Source of the DNA: the human T2T-CHM13v2.0 reference genome, Homo sapiens
NCBI RefSeq assembly: GCF_009914755.1
Contig: NC_060947.1
Strand: one strand, 5' to 3'
DNA: 64,000 nucleotides
Part shown: positions 29,294 to 42,000 of the stretch, piece after piece
Layout of the letters: every line of letters starts with the position of its first letter
Position numbering within the stretch: position 1 is the first letter of the stretch
Position numbers and translations under genes: made by a program
Notes under the pieces: model-generated
What the model was told of the DNA's origin: nothing
The model's input: only the letters and a program-made list of their open reading frames with translations
Database searches by the model: none

Positions 29294-31787
29294 TTTTATT
29301 ATTATGTTTTCTCCTTCCTCTTTGCTTTTTTCACACGAGAAAGGGCGGAGGCCCTCGGATTGGAGGGGCAGGGTTGTGGTTGTACTTGGCATTTGTGGTG
29401 CCATACTGCCATCAAGCGGAAACCGTTTCTGGAAACCGGAGGCTGTAGGGCACAAGTACTGGGGAAAGGCCAGGAGCCCAAAAGGGAGGGTGGTGTGGGA
29501 CCCCAGACTGAAGCGAGACGAGAGAGGAACTCCTCGCTGGCCCTTGGCCTGGGCTCATTCCCAGGATGGCGCCCTGGCTCCGCAGCTGTATGTAAGAACG
29601 GGCAGGCGGGGCGGCCCGCCATGGCTTCCCCTGGCAGTCTCCAGGAACTGCCAGGCATGGGTCGCCCCACACTCAGCACTCCGAAACTTTTTTATTTCCC
29701 GGCAAGATAGAGGCTTTCTGGCCCCACTGTGGCCCCAGCCAAGGGCATCGCGGAGCTGCCCACAAAAGCGACCAGAGTAAACGGCCCCGTTCTCTGGCTG
29801 TCAGTGGCCAGTGGCTTCCCTTATGCGTATCTCAAAATGGCTGCCGGGGCAGCTGCACCCTGTGGGCTGACTGGTCTTCGGGATGCCTGGCTGATCTGTC
29901 TCGGGGCCTCTAGAGTAGCTGCTTCTCCAAGGGGTCCCAATGGCAGGTCCGCTTTGTTCTAGGGCTCTACGCCCGGGTCGGGGAAACCCTGGCTTAGGCA
30001 GAGTCCACCCCGCCCCGCCCATCCTCACTCTTCTCGGTGCCTGGCAGAAGGCAAGTGTCCCTGTCCCTGCAGCCTGTTGTCATGTCCAGAATCACCTTCC
30101 GCTGGATGGCACTGTGGCTCCGCCAATGGCGGTCACGTCTTTTCCTTCCCCCACCTTGCCTTTATCTTTCTCCATCTGCTGCCGACAGAATAAAACAAAC
30201 GCCAAAAACAAAAAAAGCCAAGAAACAACGAAAGATACCGGCCAAGGAGCACCCACCTCACCTACAGCAGGGCTCTCCACCTAGGTGGTCACTTTGGGGA
30301 AGCCTGCAACGGTAGGAGGGTTCTCTGCCTCCCTCCTTCCCTCTGGATTCTTCTCCGGGCAGGGTTCCCAGTGAACCAGAGAACGTCAAGAAATTCCACC
30401 CTTAGGGCTGTGGCTCGGTGGGGGTAGGTCGCACTGGGGGCAGTGTGAGGGGGTACAGGGGGAGGGATATGTGGGTGTGTGGGTCTGCATGCGGGCCGCT
30501 GCAGATTCCTCTAGGAATCTGCGCAGGCCGCCTGAGCAAGAGACCAGGCTGCATGCCTGTGCGCACCACACTTGTCCCTAGGTAGCACTCTTCCTCTTGG
30601 GGAAGGGATCAAAGTTGGATGGAAAGCAGCCAGGTCCAGCAGGCATCCGCACCTTGTTGAGCCATGGAGCTGCAGGGAGTCGGGCCGGATGTTTCTTGGG
30701 ATGATGGGACTGGACGGGACGGACTCCTGTCTGAGGCCTTCAGCTCCCTCCCTCTCTGGAGCCCAGGCACTCGTCTGTGCACAGTGGTGGGAGGAGCATG
30801 CCGGGTGGGTTTCACAGGTGGCTCTCCTGGAGAGAGAGCCTCTTGGCATGTCTGACGGAGCACGCGTGCTCAGTGGAACGTGGTGGTTCACCACTTAGTT
30901 GCCAGGCATCTTGGTCCTTGTACCCAAGTGCATGGGTAGCCAGGGCCCAGCCTGCCCCACTTCGCCTGGACCCCGTCTGATTTCCTGTGCTGCGTGTGGA
31001 GGTGGAGGTTGAGCCTTGAGTATTTTGGGGGAGAAGGGGCTCGGGCGGGGGGCTGTGTTTTGGTTTGGTAGAGGGCTCACTGGGCTCTCGAGCTAAACCC
31101 TGGTGCTTGCCGGATATTCAGCCCAGAAAATGCATGAGACCGTCAAGGACAAATTATGCCGCCCATAATTAGGGTCTCCAGGCAGACATAAGAAAGCCTG
31201 ATGCGGGACATCATACAGTGCCCATGTTGGGATGCGAAGCCGCGACCGCCTTGCTCTAAAGGTTGCATAGGCTACTCATGCCGCTGGGTGCCTGGACAGC
31301 AGCATGGAACACAACGCTCCCCGAATATTGCAAATGTTTTCTGTCTTGGCTTGTTACAAATCTTCCTGGATGTGTAGGCCACCCTGGGGACGAGCAGCCC
31401 TTCTTAGGGCAGAAAATTCACCCCACGGGTGATGATTCCCACGCTGGGGGTGTGTGAACCACTCTCACAAGGAGGAATGTCAATCTCGTGAGCGGGCCTG
31501 CACTCTCACGGCATTCCGGGCAGAAGAACCACATGACCATGGAACAGGAGTCACCCCCTTTCTGTCACTTGTCAACAAATGCGGATTTTTTTTTTTTTTT
31601 TTTTTTTTTTTTCCTCATATGTAGGTAGCATGCACCAGGGTGCGCCTCTGGCGGTGCCTAGGGAGAACGCGAGAAGAAAAGAATGCAGGAAGATCTGGAC
31701 TGCGTCTTTAGGGTTGGCACTGGGACTGTGAGTGTCAGAGGTCCTCGGTTTTAACTTTTAACTCCCATCACATCTCAACTGTTTCCT
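29294..31787 (+). repeat. Partial core monomer H4 (~0.46 unit)
   Basis: Matches H1 up to ..CAACTGTTTCCT, then switches abruptly to diverged sequence. Confidence 0.95.
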
Positions 31788-33928
31788 TGTCAACAAATGT
31801 GTGTCCTTTTCTCATAAGTGTATACCATCCACCTCGGGGCCCCTCCTTTTGTGCCTTGGGACATCGGGTGAAGTAAGGAACGCAGGAACTTTGGTGTTGT
31901 TAGTTTTAGTGTCAGAGGTTCTTGTTTTTACCTTTGAACATCAATCACGTCTGAACTATATCCTGTCTTCATCTGTGGTTGCATAGGTCCTCAGGCACAT
32001 ACAAGTATCTTCTCCAGTAATGACAAGCTTCTGCCTAGACACCTTCATTCACAACTGTTTCCCGTCATCTAAGCAACCCTCAGGAGGTAGTTGTTAAGCT
32101 TTCACGTTCCCTCCTGTTCATTTTTCTTATTGCTTTCTCTCTGCCTTCCCAATATTTGCTGATGGAGTGTGCGGGATGGGGTTGAGGTGTGGGCAGCAGG
32201 GAACAGGGCAGTCTCCTGGCCCAACAGATCTTTGTGCAGACGCGGTACAGACCCGGGATTTAGGGGCTTATGCTTTCTTCTGGCTGGCGCCTTATCCTGT
32301 GTGAGGACACAGGAGGCTACTCACAGGGCTGTCAGCTTTCCATATGATGAACTCTGCTTTCCAGTTTACTCTGTAACTCATTGCTCACTCTGATTCTTTG
32401 TGTACTTTTGGAGTTTTCCTCCCTTCACTTTTTTCTTCTTCACTGTCTTTACTTTTCGTCCGCTTCTGTTTATGGAGGTCACAATCAGCCAAGAAGGCAG
32501 GGTCAGTTATGCACGGGGACATGGTTAAGGAAAACAGGCTTACTGTTTCTAAGGAAATTAGAAGGACTCCAGCTGAACCCTGCGAGGAGAAGTTGGCATT
32601 TCCTTATTCTTTCTGCCGTGTCTCCATATTGCCATGGGTGGCTGATTACCTCTTTTCCCTGGTGTCCGATTCCTCCCCGTTTTTCATCTTTTTCTTTTGG
32701 GTGGTTCTTCACTGCCTTGGTTTTGTAGACTTTGGGCTTGGTGGCCCCTTGCAGTCAGCTGATGACATCCTCAGGGTAAGGTTCAGCCTACACTTGTGTA
32801 CTCTGTAGTTCTGCAGGCCAATTTGTGGATCAAAGTTTTGATCCCACTCAGGAAAGATCCCATCGACAAGAAGCTTCTCGTTTGTATGTCCTTTAAACGG
32901 GAGGTGACCTGGGGCTCCTTGTCACTCATTGTGTATGTCACCACACACTGAGGTCTTCCTTAACTAGATCCTTCAGGACAGCTACAGTGGCATGGACCTC
33001 CCACTTTCTGTTCTTGTTCTCTTTCTGGTTATTCTTCCTCTTCCTCCTCCTACTCTTTTAATTCCTCTTCTCTTTTTTGTTTTCTTACTCTTCCTCCTCC
33101 ATCTTCTCCTCCTCCTCCTCCTTCTTCTTTCCTTCTCCTCTTCTTTTGCCTCTTCTTCTTTTTTGTCTTTTGCTTTTGCCTCTGCTTCTCTTTTTCCCTT
33201 CACTTTCAGATCAGGACAGACAAGTGTTCTAGGAGACTGCTTCTTCTTTTGCTCCTTGGTGATTCAGCATGTCTCTCTGCAGTACTAGGCCTAGAGAAAG
33301 CTTCACTTTTGTTCTTAATTTAGCACTGATGAAGGTCACCAGTTTAGTCTCTCTGGTATACCAAAAACCTTCCCACATGTTGCTTTTAAGTGAAATGTCA
33401 TGGTGAACAGATCCTTTACCCAGTTCCTCATGGCTTGCTGTTATTTCCTGTTCTGTTCGTGGATGCACTAGGTGTGTAATCCTGAGCCATTAGGAAGTTT
33501 GGCAAGTTGTCCCGTGTCTCCTTTTTTTTCAGTCCAGCCATGTGAACACATTGATCCGGATTTCAGTTTTTGCAGGGTGTCTCCGCCACATGCCCATTTG
33601 CCCACTCTCACTCACAGAGGCAGGCACCCACAGACCACAGACACAGACACAATACATACACTCACAAGGGACCCCCCAATCAGAAATTAAATCACAAACA
33701 CACACGCACATGGAGACTCATGCACACACAGACACAAACACACACATTAAACACGCCTAAGCGGACACACACACAGATACACACAGACACACACACACAC
33801 ACAGAAGTAAGCTCACACTAGTACAAATGTGCGGGTTTAAGCATTATCGTACACAGACACACACAACACCTCAGGCACGAAACTGCCCACAATGTCTTCC
33901 ACTCGGGCTGTAAATGGGGCTGTAAATG
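31788..33928 (+). repeat. Diverged partial monomer R1 ending in a ~1-kb deletion
   Basis: Colinear with core ~15355-17695. Confidence 0.9.
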
Positions 33929-36900
33929 GTGGCGTGTGGCCCTCAAACTGAGGCGGGACAAGAGAGGAACTCCTTGCTGGCTCTTGGCCTGCCCTCATTC
34001 CTAGGATGGCGGCCTGTCTCCACAGCTGTATGTAAGAAAGGGCAGTCGGGGCGGCCAGCCATGGCTTCCCCTGGCAGTCTCCAGAAACTGCCGGGCATGA
34101 GTCGCCCAACACTCAACACGCCGAAGCTCCTTTGTTTCCTGGGTGGATAGGGGCTTTCTTGCCCCACTGTGGCCCCAGCCAAGGGCATCCCAGAACTGCC
34201 CACAAAAGAGACCAGATTAAACGGCCCCATTTTCTGGCTGTCAGTGGCCAGTGGCTTCCCTTATGCGTATCTCAAAATGGCTGCTGGTGCAGCTCCACTC
34301 TGTGGGCTGACGGGTCTTCAGGCTGCCTGGCTGATCTGTCTCGGGGCCTCTAGAGTAGCTGCTTCTCCAAGCGGTTCCAATGGCAGGTACGATTTGTTCT
34401 AGGGCTCTAAACCCCAGTCGGGGAAACCCTGGCTTAGGCAGAGTCCACCCAGTCCCGCACATTTTCGCGGATCTCTGTGCCTGGCAGAAGGCAAGTGTCC
34501 CTGCAGCCTGTTGTCATGTTCAGAAACACCTTCCGCTGGATGGCACTGTGGCTCCACAGATGACAGTCACGTCTTTTCCTTCCCTTCCCTTGCCTTTGTC
34601 TTTCTCCATTTGTTGCGAACAGAATAAAACAAAAACACACACACAAAGCGAAGAAACAAAGAAAGAAACGGGCCAAAGAGCACCCACCTCATCTACAGCA
34701 GGGCTCCCCACCTACGTGGTCACTTTGGGGGAAGGTGCAACAGTAGGAGCGTTCTCTGCCTCCCTCCTTCTTCTGGATTCTTCTCTGGGCAGGGGTCCCA
34801 GTGAACCAGAGGAGCCTATCCTCAATACATCCCACCCTTATGGCTGTGGCATGGTGGGGGTAGGTCGCACTGGGGGCAGTGTGAGTGGGTACAGGGGGAG
34901 AGGTGTGTGGATGTGTGGCCCTGCATGCAGGCTGCTGCAGATTTCTCTAGGAATGTGCTCAGCTCCCCCTAGGCAAGAGACCAGGCCGTATGCTGAGGTG
35001 CACGACACTTGTCCCTAGGTAGCACTCTTCCTCTTGGGGAAGGGACCAAATCTTGTATGGAATGCAGTCCGGTCCAACAGGCTTCCGCACATTGTTGACC
35101 CATGGAGCAGCAAGGAGTTTGGCTGGATGTTTGTTGGGATGGGACTGGACTGGAAGGACTCCTGTTGGAGGCCTTCAGCTCCCTCTCTCTCTCTGGAGCC
35201 CAGGCACTCATCTGTGCCCAGGGGTGGGAGGGGTATTCCAGGTTGTTTTACAGGTGGCTGTCCTGGAGAGAAAGCCACTTGTTATGTCTGACTGAGCATG
35301 CGTGCTCACTGGAACGTGGTGGTTCACCAGTTATTTGCCCCGGCATCTTGGTCATTCTGCATAAGTGCATGGGTAGCCAGGTTCCAGACAGTGCTCGCCT
35401 TCTCCTGGGCCTGTCTTTGTTCCTGTTCTGCGTGTGGAAGTAGAGGTGGATCCTGGAATGTGTTGGGTGGGATGGTGGTAGGGCAACTGTGCCTTGGTTT
35501 GATACAGAGCTCTCTGGGGTCCTCAAGCTGAACTCTGGTGCTTGCGGGATATTCAGCCCTAAAAATGAATGAGTCGGTCGAGGACAAATTTTGCCGGCTC
35601 TTTAGGGTTTCCAGGCAGACGTAAGAAATCCTGACGCGGGCCATCATACAGCCCGCTTCTTGGGATGCGAAGCCATGACCGCGTTGCTCTAAAGGTTACA
35701 TATGCTACCCATGCCGCTCAGTGCCTGGGCAGCAGCATGGAACACACAGCTCTTCAAATATTGCAAATGTTTTCTGTCTTTGCTTGTTACAAATCTTCCT
35801 GGATGTGTAGGCCGCACTGGGAATGAGCAGAGTTTCATAGGACAGAAAATTCATGCCACGGGTAATGATTCTCACACTCATGAGAGTGTGAACCACTCTC
35901 ACAAGAGGAACATCAATCTCGGGTGTGGGCCTGCACTCCCAGGGCATTCCAGGAAGAAGACTCACATGACCATGGAACAGGAGTCACCCCCTTTCTGTCA
36001 CTTGTCAACAAATGCGGATTCTTTTTTCACATGTAGGTAGCATGCACCAGGGGGTGCTTCTGCCCCTTCCTAGGGACAAAGGGAGAAGAAAAGAATGCAG
36101 GAAGATTTGGACTGTGTCTTTGGGGTGGCATTGCGACTCTGAGTGTCAGAGGACCTCGTTTTTAACTTTTAACTCCCATCACGCTTCAACTTTTTCCCAT
36201 CTTCATCTGTGCTTCCATAGTTCCTCAGACAAATACACGTATCCCCACGCACACTCACAAGTGTCTGGCCAGACACCTTCATTCACCTCCGGGTACAGTC
36301 GTCTAGGCAATTCTCAGGGGGCAGTTTTTCAGCTTTCCCTTTCCTTCTTGTTTACCTTTCTTGTTGTTTCCTGTCTGGCTTCCCAATATTTGCTGATGGT
36401 GTGTGCGGGATGGGGTTGGGGTTGGGGCAGTAGAGAGCAGGGCAGCCTCCTGAACCAACAGGCCTCTATGCAGTCGCGGTGCAGACTCGGGCTTAAGGGG
36501 CTGACACTTTCTTCTTGCTGGTGGCTCTTTTTCTGTGAGGACACAAGAAGTCACTCACAGGGCTGCCAGCTATTCATTTGGTGCACTCTGCATTCCAGTT
36601 CCCTCTCAACCTCATTGATTTCTCTGATTCTTTGTGTACTTTTGGAGATTCCCTCCTTTCACTTTTTTCTCCTTCACTGTCTTTACATTTTGTCCACTTC
36701 TGTTTGGGGAGGTCAGGAGCAGCCTGGAAGACAGGGTTGACTGGTTGCGGGGACACCCTCAGGGAAAACAGGCTTACTTTTCCTAAGGAAATTAGAAGGA
36801 CTCTAGCTGACCCCGTGAGGAAAAATTGGCATTTCCCTCCCCTTTCTGCCCTCTCTCCATATTGCCATGGGTGGCTGATTCCCTCTTTTCTCTGGTGTCT

Positions 36901-39030
36901 GATTCATCCCTGTTTATTATCTTTTTTTTTGGAGGTGGGGTAGGGGGTCCTTCCCTGCTTTGGCCTTGTAGACTTGGTGCTGGGTGGCCCCTTGTAGTCG
37001 GCTGATGACATCCTCAGGGCAAGGTTCAGCCTGCACCTGTGTCCTCTGTAGCTTCTGCAGGCCCATATGTGGATCAAAGTTTTGATCCCACTCAGGAGAG
37101 ATCCCATTGACAAGAAGCTTCCTAGTTGTTTGTCCTTTAAAGGGCTGTGACTATGGCTCTTTGTCCTTTGTTGTGTACATCACCATGCATTGAGGTCTTC
37201 CTGAACTAGATCCTTCAGGACAGCTACAGTGGCGTGAACCTCCCACTTTCTGTTCTTTTTCTGCTTCTGGTTCTTCTTCATCTTCCTCCTTCTAATCCTC
37301 ATCTTTAATTCTTCTTCTCCTCTTTTTTATCCTCTTGCTCCTTCTCTTCCAACATCCTCTTCTTCTCCTTCTCCTCCTCCTTCTCCTCCATCATCTCCTC
37401 CCTCCTCCTTCTTCTTTCTCCTCCTTCTCCTTCTTTCTGCTTCTTCTTTTTCTTCTTCTTCTTCTTCTTGTGCCTCTGCCTCCTCCTCCTTTGCCTCTTC
37501 TTTTTTTGCTTTTGCTTCTGCTTCAGCTTTTTTTCCCCCCTTCACTGTCGGATCTGGGCGGGCAATTGTTCTAGGAGACTGCTTCTTCTTTTGCTCTTTT
37601 GTGATGTGTGATGTTCCTCTGCAACATTAGGCCTGGAGAAAGCTTCACTTTCATTCTTAAAGGAGCACAGATTGAGGTCACCAGTTTAGTCCTTCTGGTC
37701 CACCAAAAAGCTGCCAACATGTTACTTTTAAATGAAATGTCGTGGTGAATGAATGCCCCCTTCACCCAGTACCTCATGGCTCACTATTATTTCCCGTTCT
37801 CCTTCTGGATGCTCTAAGTGTGTAATTCTGAGTCATTATGAGATTTGTCAAGTTGTCATCTCTCTCCTTTTTTCCAGTCCAGCCATGTGAACACATTGAT
37901 CCGGATTTCAGTGTGTGCAGGCAGGGTGTCTCTGCACGTCCATTTGCTGACTCTCACTAACAAAGGTAGGCACCCACAGACCACAGACACAGACACAATG
38001 CACGCACTCACAAGGGAACATGAACCAGAAATGAAATCACAAACACACATGCACACAGACACATGCACACACAGACACAAACACACACGTTAAACAAGCC
38101 CAAGCAGACACACGCACACACACACACAAACACACAGAAGTAAGCTCACACTAGCAAAGGGGCGTGGGCTTAAGCATTGTTGTACACAGACACACACCAC
38201 CACAGGCCTGAAGCTACCCACAATCTCTTCCACATGGGCTCTAAATGTGCAAAGGGGAACGGGGGACAAACAAGCATTCCTGGCTGCAGGTGTGGGTCAT
38301 CATGCCATTTATTGGGCAACTAAGGCCTTCTTCTGAACATAAATGCAGGAAGTCTGTTATCAGATAGGCCCAAGCAGCAGGTGTGAAACTGGAGCATCCT
38401 GGGTCAAGCTGCTTAAAAAGGGACCCCACTTTGGGGTAGGGGTAGATAAAGTCCCCTTGGGATCCTTGTCCTTGTGTGATGCCATGAGAATCTGGTGTGT
38501 GGTGGCCTTCCCCAGCCAACCTGTGCCACCCTCCTCTCACCCTTGCCTGTGTGAAAGCAGAGTCAGACTTGAGTGAGGTGTTGAGTGTCCCCTGTGAGGA
38601 GACTCTGGCCTCAGGCCCTGTAGCTGCCTGTTGAGTGGGTGGCCCCAGTGGCCCATTCTGGTGACCTCCATTTATGATCCCAAGTTGGCAAACTCTACCT
38701 GCAGTTCCAGGCCTTGGGAAGTCTCCTAGTCTGGGGGCAAATCCTTGTATAAGACAGCCGAGTGGCCAGCGCCTCGTCCTGGAGCTGCAGCCCTATGATC
38801 CCAGTCCTCCTGTGGTTTCCCAGAGGCCATGATAATGTGTTCTTTGTCTTTTACTTTCTGCACCTGCGGGAGCCATGAAACCTAGAGAGGACCAAAGGAA
38901 GGGCAAAGGCTGGCTGCCTCCATAGCATTCCCGCAGGGTCTCCAGGCTACTGGTCCTTGGTGCTAGAGTCCCCTGAGTTTGGTTGTCAGCCTGGGACCAG
39001 GTGGCTTGTTCCTTTCTCTTCTCCTTATCT
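33929..39030 (+). repeat. Diverged monomer R2 (lacks first ~200 bp including the reverse CTCF-like site)
   Basis: Colinear with core monomer. Confidence 0.92.
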
Positions 39031-42000
39031 TTTTTATTTTTTTCTCCTTCCTCTTTATTCACATGGGAGAAGGCAGAGACCATCAGCTTAGAGAAGCAAG
39101 GTTATGGTTGTAGTTGGCATTTGTGGAGCCATACTGCCATCAAGTGGAAACTGTTTCTGGAAATGGGAGGGAGCTGGGCACAAGTGCTGGGGAAAGCCCA
39201 GGGGCACAAAACAGATGGTGGCATGGGGCCCCCAGACTGAAGCAGGATGAGAGAGGAGCTCCTCACTGGCCCTTGGCCTGGGCTCATTCCCAGGATGGTG
39301 CCCTGGCTCCACAGCTGCATGTAAGAAAGGGCAGTTGGGGCAGCCCACCATGGCTTCCCCTGGCAGTTTCCAGGAACTGCCGGGCATGAGTCGCCCCACA
39401 CTCAGCACCCCGTAGCTCCTTTTTTTTTTTTTTTACCAGGAAGATAGGGGCCTTCTGGCCTTACTGTGGCCCCAGCCAAGGAGGGCAAGCTGTAACTGCC
39501 CACAGAAGAAACCAGAGTAAACCACTTCATTCTCTGGCTGTCAGTGGCCAGTGGCTTCCCTTATGCGTATCTCAAAATGGCTGGGGGGCAGCTTCACTGT
39601 GTGGACTGACTCGTCTTGGGGCTGCCTGGCTGCCCTGTGTCAGGGCCTCTAGAGTAACTGCTTCTCCAAGGGGTCCCAGTGGCAGGCACTCTTTGTTCTA
39701 GGGCTCTAAACCCCAGTTGGGGAAACCCTGGCTTAAGCAGAGTCCACCCAGCCCCGCACATTTTCACTGATCTCTGTGCCTGGCAGAAGGCGAGTGTCCC
39801 TGCAGCCTGTTGTCATGTTCAGAAACATCTTCCTCTGGGTGGCACTGTGGCTCCGCAAATGGCAGTCACGTCTTTTCCTTCCCCCACCTTGCCTTGTCTT
39901 TCTCCATTTGCTGCCAACGGAATAAAACAAATGCCAAAAACAAAAAGCAAAGAAACAACGAAGAAACTGGCCAAGGATCACCCACCTCACCTACAGCAGG
40001 GATCCCCACCTACGTGGTCACTTTGGGGGAACCTGCAACAGTAGGAGGTTCTTTGCCTCCCTCCTTCCCTCTGGATTCTTCTCTGGGCAGGGTACCCAGT
40101 GAACCAGAGGAGTCTGTTCTCATGAAATCCCACCCTTAGGGCTGTGTCATGGTGGGGGTAGGTTGTACTGGGGGCAGTATGATGGGGTACAGGAGAGGGA
40201 TGTGTGAGTGTGTGGGCCTGCATGCAGGCCACTGCAGATTCCTCTAGGAATTGGCCCAGGTCCCCAAAGCAAGAGACCAGGCCTCATGATGGCATGCACC
40301 ACACTTGTCCCTAGGTAGCACTCTTCCTCTTGGGGAAGGGACAAAATCTTGGATGGAAAGCAGCCAGGTCCAACAGGCATCCACACATTGTTGAGCCATG
40401 GAGCAGCAGGGAGTTGGGTCGGATGTTTGTTGAGATGGGACTGCATGGGACTGACTCCTGTTCGAGGCCTTCAGCTACCTCTCTCTCTGGAGCCCAGGCA
40501 CTCATAGGGGTCCAGGGGTTGGAGGGATTTTCCAGGTTTTTTCACAGGTGGCTCTCCTGGAGAGAGAGCCACTTGTCATGTCTTACTGAGCGTGCATGCT
40601 CACTGGAACGTGGTGGTTCACCAGTTATTTGCCTTGGCATCTTGGTCATTCTTCCCATGTGCATGGGTAGCCAGAGCCCAGACAGTGCTTGCCTTCTCCT
40701 GGGCCCTATCTTTGTTCCTGTTCTGCGTGTCGAAATGGAGGTTGAGCCTGGAGTGTGTTGGTGGGGGGTGTGGTGGAGTGTCTGTGCCTTTGTTTGATAC
40801 AGAGCTCTCTGAGGTCCTCAAGCTAAACTCTGGTGCTTGCCGGATATTCATCCAGAAAAATGAATGAGACAGTCGAGGACAAATTATGCTGCCCCTTTAG
40901 GGTCTCCAGGAAGACATAAGAAAGCCTCACTTGGGCCATCATACAGAGCCCATTTTGGGATGCGAAGCCATGACCGCGTTGCTCTAAAGGTTACATATGC
41001 TACCCATGCTGCTTGATGCCTGGGCAGCAGTATGGAACACACAGCTCTTCGAATATTGCAAATGTTTTCTTTCTTTGCTTGTTACAAATCTTCCTGGATG
41101 TGTAGACCACACTGTGAACAAGCAGAGCTTCATAGGACAGAAAATTCACCCCATGGGTATTGATTCCCACACTCAGGGGTGTGTGAACCACTCTCACATC
41201 ACAAGAGCAGTGTCAATCTCGTGTGTGGGCCTCTACTCTCAGGGCATTCTGGGAAGAAGACCCACATGACTATGGAACAGGAGTCACCCCCTTTTGGTCA
41301 CTTGTCAACAAATGCAGATTCTTTTCTCATAAGTAGGTAGCATGCACCACGGGGCACCTCCGGCCCTGCCTAGGTACAATGGGAGAAGAAAAGAATGCAG
41401 GAAGATCTGACTGCGTCTTTAGGAGTGACATGGCAACTCTGAGTTTCAGAGGTCCTCGTTTTTAACTTTTAACTCCCATTACGTCTCAACATTTTCCTGT
41501 CTTCATCTGTGCTTCCAAAGGTCCTCAGATACATACACATCTCACCATGCATACTAACAAGCACCTGCCCAGACACCATTCACTCCCAGATCTGGTTGTC
41601 TAGGCAACTCTTAAGGGGCAGTTTCTCAGCTTTCAGGTTCCCTCTTGTTCACCTTTCTTGTCGCTTTCTGCCTCACTTCCCAATATTTGCTGGCAGATCG
41701 TGCGGATGGGGTTGGGGTGGGCGCAGTGGGGAGCATGGCAGCCTCCTGGCCCAACAGGCCTCTGTGCAGATGTGGTGCAAACCCAGTCTTAAGGGGCTGA
41801 CGCTTTCTCTTGGCTGGTGGCTCTTCTTCTGTGAAGCCACGGAAGGCCACTCACAAGGCTGCCAGCTGTCCACCTGGGGCACTCTGCATTCCAGTTTGCT
41901 CTCAACCTCATTGCTCACTCTGTTTCTCCGTGTACATTTGGAGTTTTCCTCCCTTCACTTTTTTCTTCTTCACTGTCTTTACGTTTTGTCCACTTTTGTT

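Noticed and set aside
13081-31787. Gene-bearing macrosatellite (USP17/RS447, DUX4/D4Z4, FAM90A, CT47, TAF11L) or RNA-gene array
   Set aside because: No matching peptides, and no tRNA, 5S, U2 or snoRNA signatures recognised in the monomer
34380-36740. 212-aa and 242-aa ORFs in R2
   Set aside because: Not open in sibling monomers and no recognisable homology
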